DNA of 37,747 nt from a virus (lineage: Duplodnaviria; Caudoviricetes): positions 1-37,747 of IMG/VR virus record IMGVR_UViG_3300022908_000006. One strand, given 5' to 3'. The stretch's first letter is position 1. The number at the start of each line of letters is the position of its first letter. Positions 35,997-37,747 of the stretch are shown here, one piece after another. A program made the position numbers and the translations under genes. The notes below the pieces were generated by a model. It did not search any database, was not told the origin of the DNA, and saw only the letters and a program-made list of their open reading frames with translations.

Positions 35997-36025
35997 ATAA
36001 TAGCATAGTGTAAGCGGAAGAACAA
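35997..36025 (-). promoter_or_regulatory. Promoter TTGTTC-N17-TATTAT whose spacer is exactly the 17-bp motif (36003-36019)
   Basis: Read directly. Confidence 0.7.
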
Positions 36026-36072
36026 GCATATTCTTGCTAGACATTATATGGTAAACCTGTTAAAGTAAGAGA

Positions 36073-36180
36073 AGCATCGGATAAGATTCTCCTGCTTCTA
36101 GAGAGGCCCACCTGATTTGGAAGCTATGTGTGTTATCCTTCACGTTCGGTGCTACAGAGACTCCTTCGGGAGTTTTCTTG
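36073..36180 (+). ncRNA. Candidate sRNA 1 (~110 nt)
   Basis: Promoter TAGACA-N17-TAAAGT (36038-36066), rod-like fold, terminator GACTCC-TTCG-GGAGTT-TTCTT; no convincing ORF. Confidence 0.55.
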
Positions 36181-36212
36181 TATTCTAGAAGCTTTAGCAG
36201 TATGATGTGTCC

Positions 36213-36365
36213 ATTAGTTGCTCACGAGGCGACCAGGTACCTTATAGCTCCCACCAGACCTTTTATGTTGAGTCAAATAAGATTCTAGTAGGTGGGAGAA
36301 TGTTCATTGCTAGGATCGAAAACAAATATAAAGAGCCCCATGCATTACTGAGGGGCTCTTTTGTT
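36213..36365 (+). ncRNA. Candidate sRNA 2 (~150 nt)
   Basis: Promoter TTGTAT-N17-TATGAT (36178-36206), CTCCCACC/GGTGGGAG stem, terminator AAGAGCCCC/GGGGCTCTT-TTGTTT. Confidence 0.55.
36330..36362. terminator. Probably bidirectional intrinsic terminator
   Basis: AAAGAGCCCC-N12-GGGGCTCTTT. Confidence 0.75.
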
Positions 36366-36469
36366 TAGAAAAGATAATTAAATAATTCTTTTGTTGGGTT
36401 CGCAAGTCGTTGTAGAATGCGCAATATCCTGTCAGATACAGGCTGGAGAAAACGAAAAATACTCTTCAC
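36365..36469 (-). CDS. 34-aa amphipathic peptide (MKSIFRFLQPVSDRILRILQRLANPTKELFNYLF)
   Basis: Not in track; SD and GTG supplied by repeat copy A; ends at terminator; promoter TTGCAA-N16-TACAAT at 36610-36637. Confidence 0.45.
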   Translation of the reverse strand: MKSIFRFLQPVSDRILRILQRLANPTKELFNYLF

Positions 36470-36490
36470 TTTCTCTCCTTGGGTGTGATA
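36463..36490. repeat. 28-bp direct repeat core, copy A
   Basis: Identical to 100-127 and 37637-37664; flanks differ. Confidence 0.92.
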
Positions 36491-36654
36491 ATCTAAACGT
36501 AACCTAAAATGCTTCATTTGTCTAACATAAGAGGTTTTATAGGGGGTAAGTCCAAGAATTGAAGAACCCCGTCGCTAAAACGGGGCTAACACTTCATTTG
36601 TCTTTTTTCATTGTATCAAAGACTCGACGATTTGCAAATACTTTCATAACTAAA

Positions 36655-37130
36655 GTTCGGGGATCTGAATAAAACCCCACGTATTGTTTGCGAGTAGCGC
36701 TAAACCCAGGCTCTGATATATAGCCCTGCAACGTCAACCTGGTCTATGCGGTGCTTACAAGCGAACAAGGACGATATCACCTACTACTTAGGAAGAGGAA
36801 CGGTCTCAGGTATCTGTTACGAAAGGTTTGTGCCGCTTGAATCCTAGCTAAGGAAGGGGCTCTCTATGCCCTATTTCTAGTGATTTAGACACGCTACCCA
36901 TGGTGTACAGACCAACTAATGTATTCCAAGTAAAGGGCGACCTCTATAAACAGGGTCGCGAAACGGTTATTTTCGGGCGCTGTCTATGGGCAGTCTTGTC
37001 ACTTCTTTGAGGTTGCCGTTCTGGATCAGCCGGTCAAGTTGGGCCTGCGCGTCTAGTTGGCCGCGGCGATGGCCGAAACTGTAGGTAATCACCGATAGAG
37101 TGATGCCCGCAACTACTAAGAAGACCTCCA
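36655..37130 (+). ncRNA. Candidate ~470-nt structured RNA or origin region
   Basis: Nested stems with G-U pairs on +: 36684-36691/36761-36768, 36886-36894/36977-36986, 36937-36943/36953-36959, 37054-37059/37110-37115. Confidence 0.45.
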
Positions 37131-37643
37131 CTATTGCACCCAACTGTAGTAAGAGTTATCGATGCCCGTGAGCTCCCCGAGATCTTTCCAGGTCTTGGGC
37201 TGATAGTTGCTCTGCAAGTACCACCGCACCATCGAGATGCTATTGATCGTCTTAGGTTCTGTCCCAACGGTCACGTTACTAGTTGCGGCCTTATTCAAGT
37301 AATCAAAAGCAGTCACCCGCTCTTTATCGGTGAACCACTGTGGGTACAGGCTGATGATCAGGTCAATGCTCCAACGATCGTTACCGGTGCTCCATCCATA
37401 CTTGGCAATAAGATCTTCATTGGTCGGTATTGCCTGCTCTGAGGCAGGCGCAGGGGCTTGTTGTGGGGCTTCTGGTGCTGGAGCTGGTTCGTTAACCACT
37501 TCTTGTTTCAAAGGCTCCTGTGGGGCCTGAGACGTGGTTGCCTTAGGTACCTCTTGTGGTTTGTTTAGTGCAAATAGGGTCGCAGTTGTCGAGGTTGCTG
37601 CGATAAAGATGGCTGTTGAAATGATGATGATTTTCTTCTTCAC
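37131..37643 (-). CDS. 170-aa membrane-anchored or secreted protein with Pro/Ala/Gln linker (starts at 106 in the circular map)
   Basis: AAGGAG SD and GTG in the repeat; KKK plus hydrophobic stretch, PAPAPEAPQQAPAP linker, globular C-terminal domain. Confidence 0.75.
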   Translation of the reverse strand: MKKKIIIISTAIFIAATSTTATLFALNKPQEVPKATTSQAPQEPLKQEVVNEPAPAPEAPQQAPAPASEQAIPTNEDLIAKYGWSTGNDRWSIDLIISLYPQWFTDKERVTAFDYLNKAATSNVTVGTEPKTINSISMVRWYLQSNYQPKTWKDLGELTGIDNSYYSWVQ

Positions 37644-37747
37644 TTTCTCTCCTTGGGTGTGATAATCTAAACGTAACCTAAAATGCTTCATTTGTCTAAC
37701 ATAAGAGGTTTTATAGGGGGTAAGTCCAAGAATTGAAGAACCCCGTC
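37637..37747. repeat. 111-bp duplicate of 36463-36573 (recombinant junction at the 28-bp core)
   Basis: Left flank of copy B joined through the core to right flank of copy A. Confidence 0.9.

Noticed and set aside
36088-36125. SRP-RNA-like CAGG...AGCAG on the minus strand
   Set aside because: Spacer is 14 nt without the GNRA-capped stem, and promoter and terminator point to the plus strand
36463-36490. 28-bp repeat as attP/attL/attR or a CRISPR repeat
   Set aside because: No integrase, no tRNA similarity or host flanks; only two genomic copies 1.17 kb apart, not an array
37054-37115. Hammerhead-like junction with GAAAC after a GGCC stem
   Set aside because: Lacks the CUGAnGA core
36659-37133. 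tmRNA-like ends (GGGGATCT...AGACCTCCA with G3-U70-like pair)
   Set aside because: No T-arm (GTTCRA), no CCA and no tag ORF; likely coincidence
37644-37691. N-terminal MKHFRLRLDYHTQGEK extension of the 186-aa ORF
   Set aside because: Exists only in the recombinant junction; no SD before that ATG, whereas the GTG at 37643 has AAGGAG
1-37747. tRNA genes, CRISPR arrays, reverse transcriptase/DGR, group I/II introns
   Set aside because: No cloverleaf with T-loop consensus, repeat-spacer array, RT motif or intron core found by eye; tRNAscan-SE and cmscan would be needed to exclude them

Overview
The window is an apparently complete ~37.5-kb tailed phage genome: bases 1-127 recur at 37538-37664, giving a 37,537-bp circle. 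It has podovirus/P22-like architecture and nearly all genes are on the minus strand. In transcription order it holds small early genes (ERF recombinase, NinG-like nuclease, lytic transglycosylase, KGG-motif proteins, HNH), then terS, terL, portal, scaffold and major capsid. Next come four GT-A glycosyltransferases plus a nucleotide-sugar dehydrogenase inside the virion module, then a Ser/Thr-rich fibre, tail adaptor/nozzle, ejection proteins and a lysis cassette. The host is tentatively Saccharibacteria/CPR (inference). I recognise no integrase, cI-type repressor, replication initiator, helicase, primase or polymerase. The non-coding DNA is unusually structured: a ~950-nt run of back-to-back stem-closed domains (31199-32145), two tandem promoter-to-terminator sRNA units (36038-36365), and a ~470-nt folded region inside a 1,174-bp cassette bounded by 28-bp direct repeats whose recombinant junction forms the contig end. 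A 17-bp operator-like motif lies between the -35 and -10 boxes of three early promoters. All family assignments come from motif recognition by eye, not database searches.
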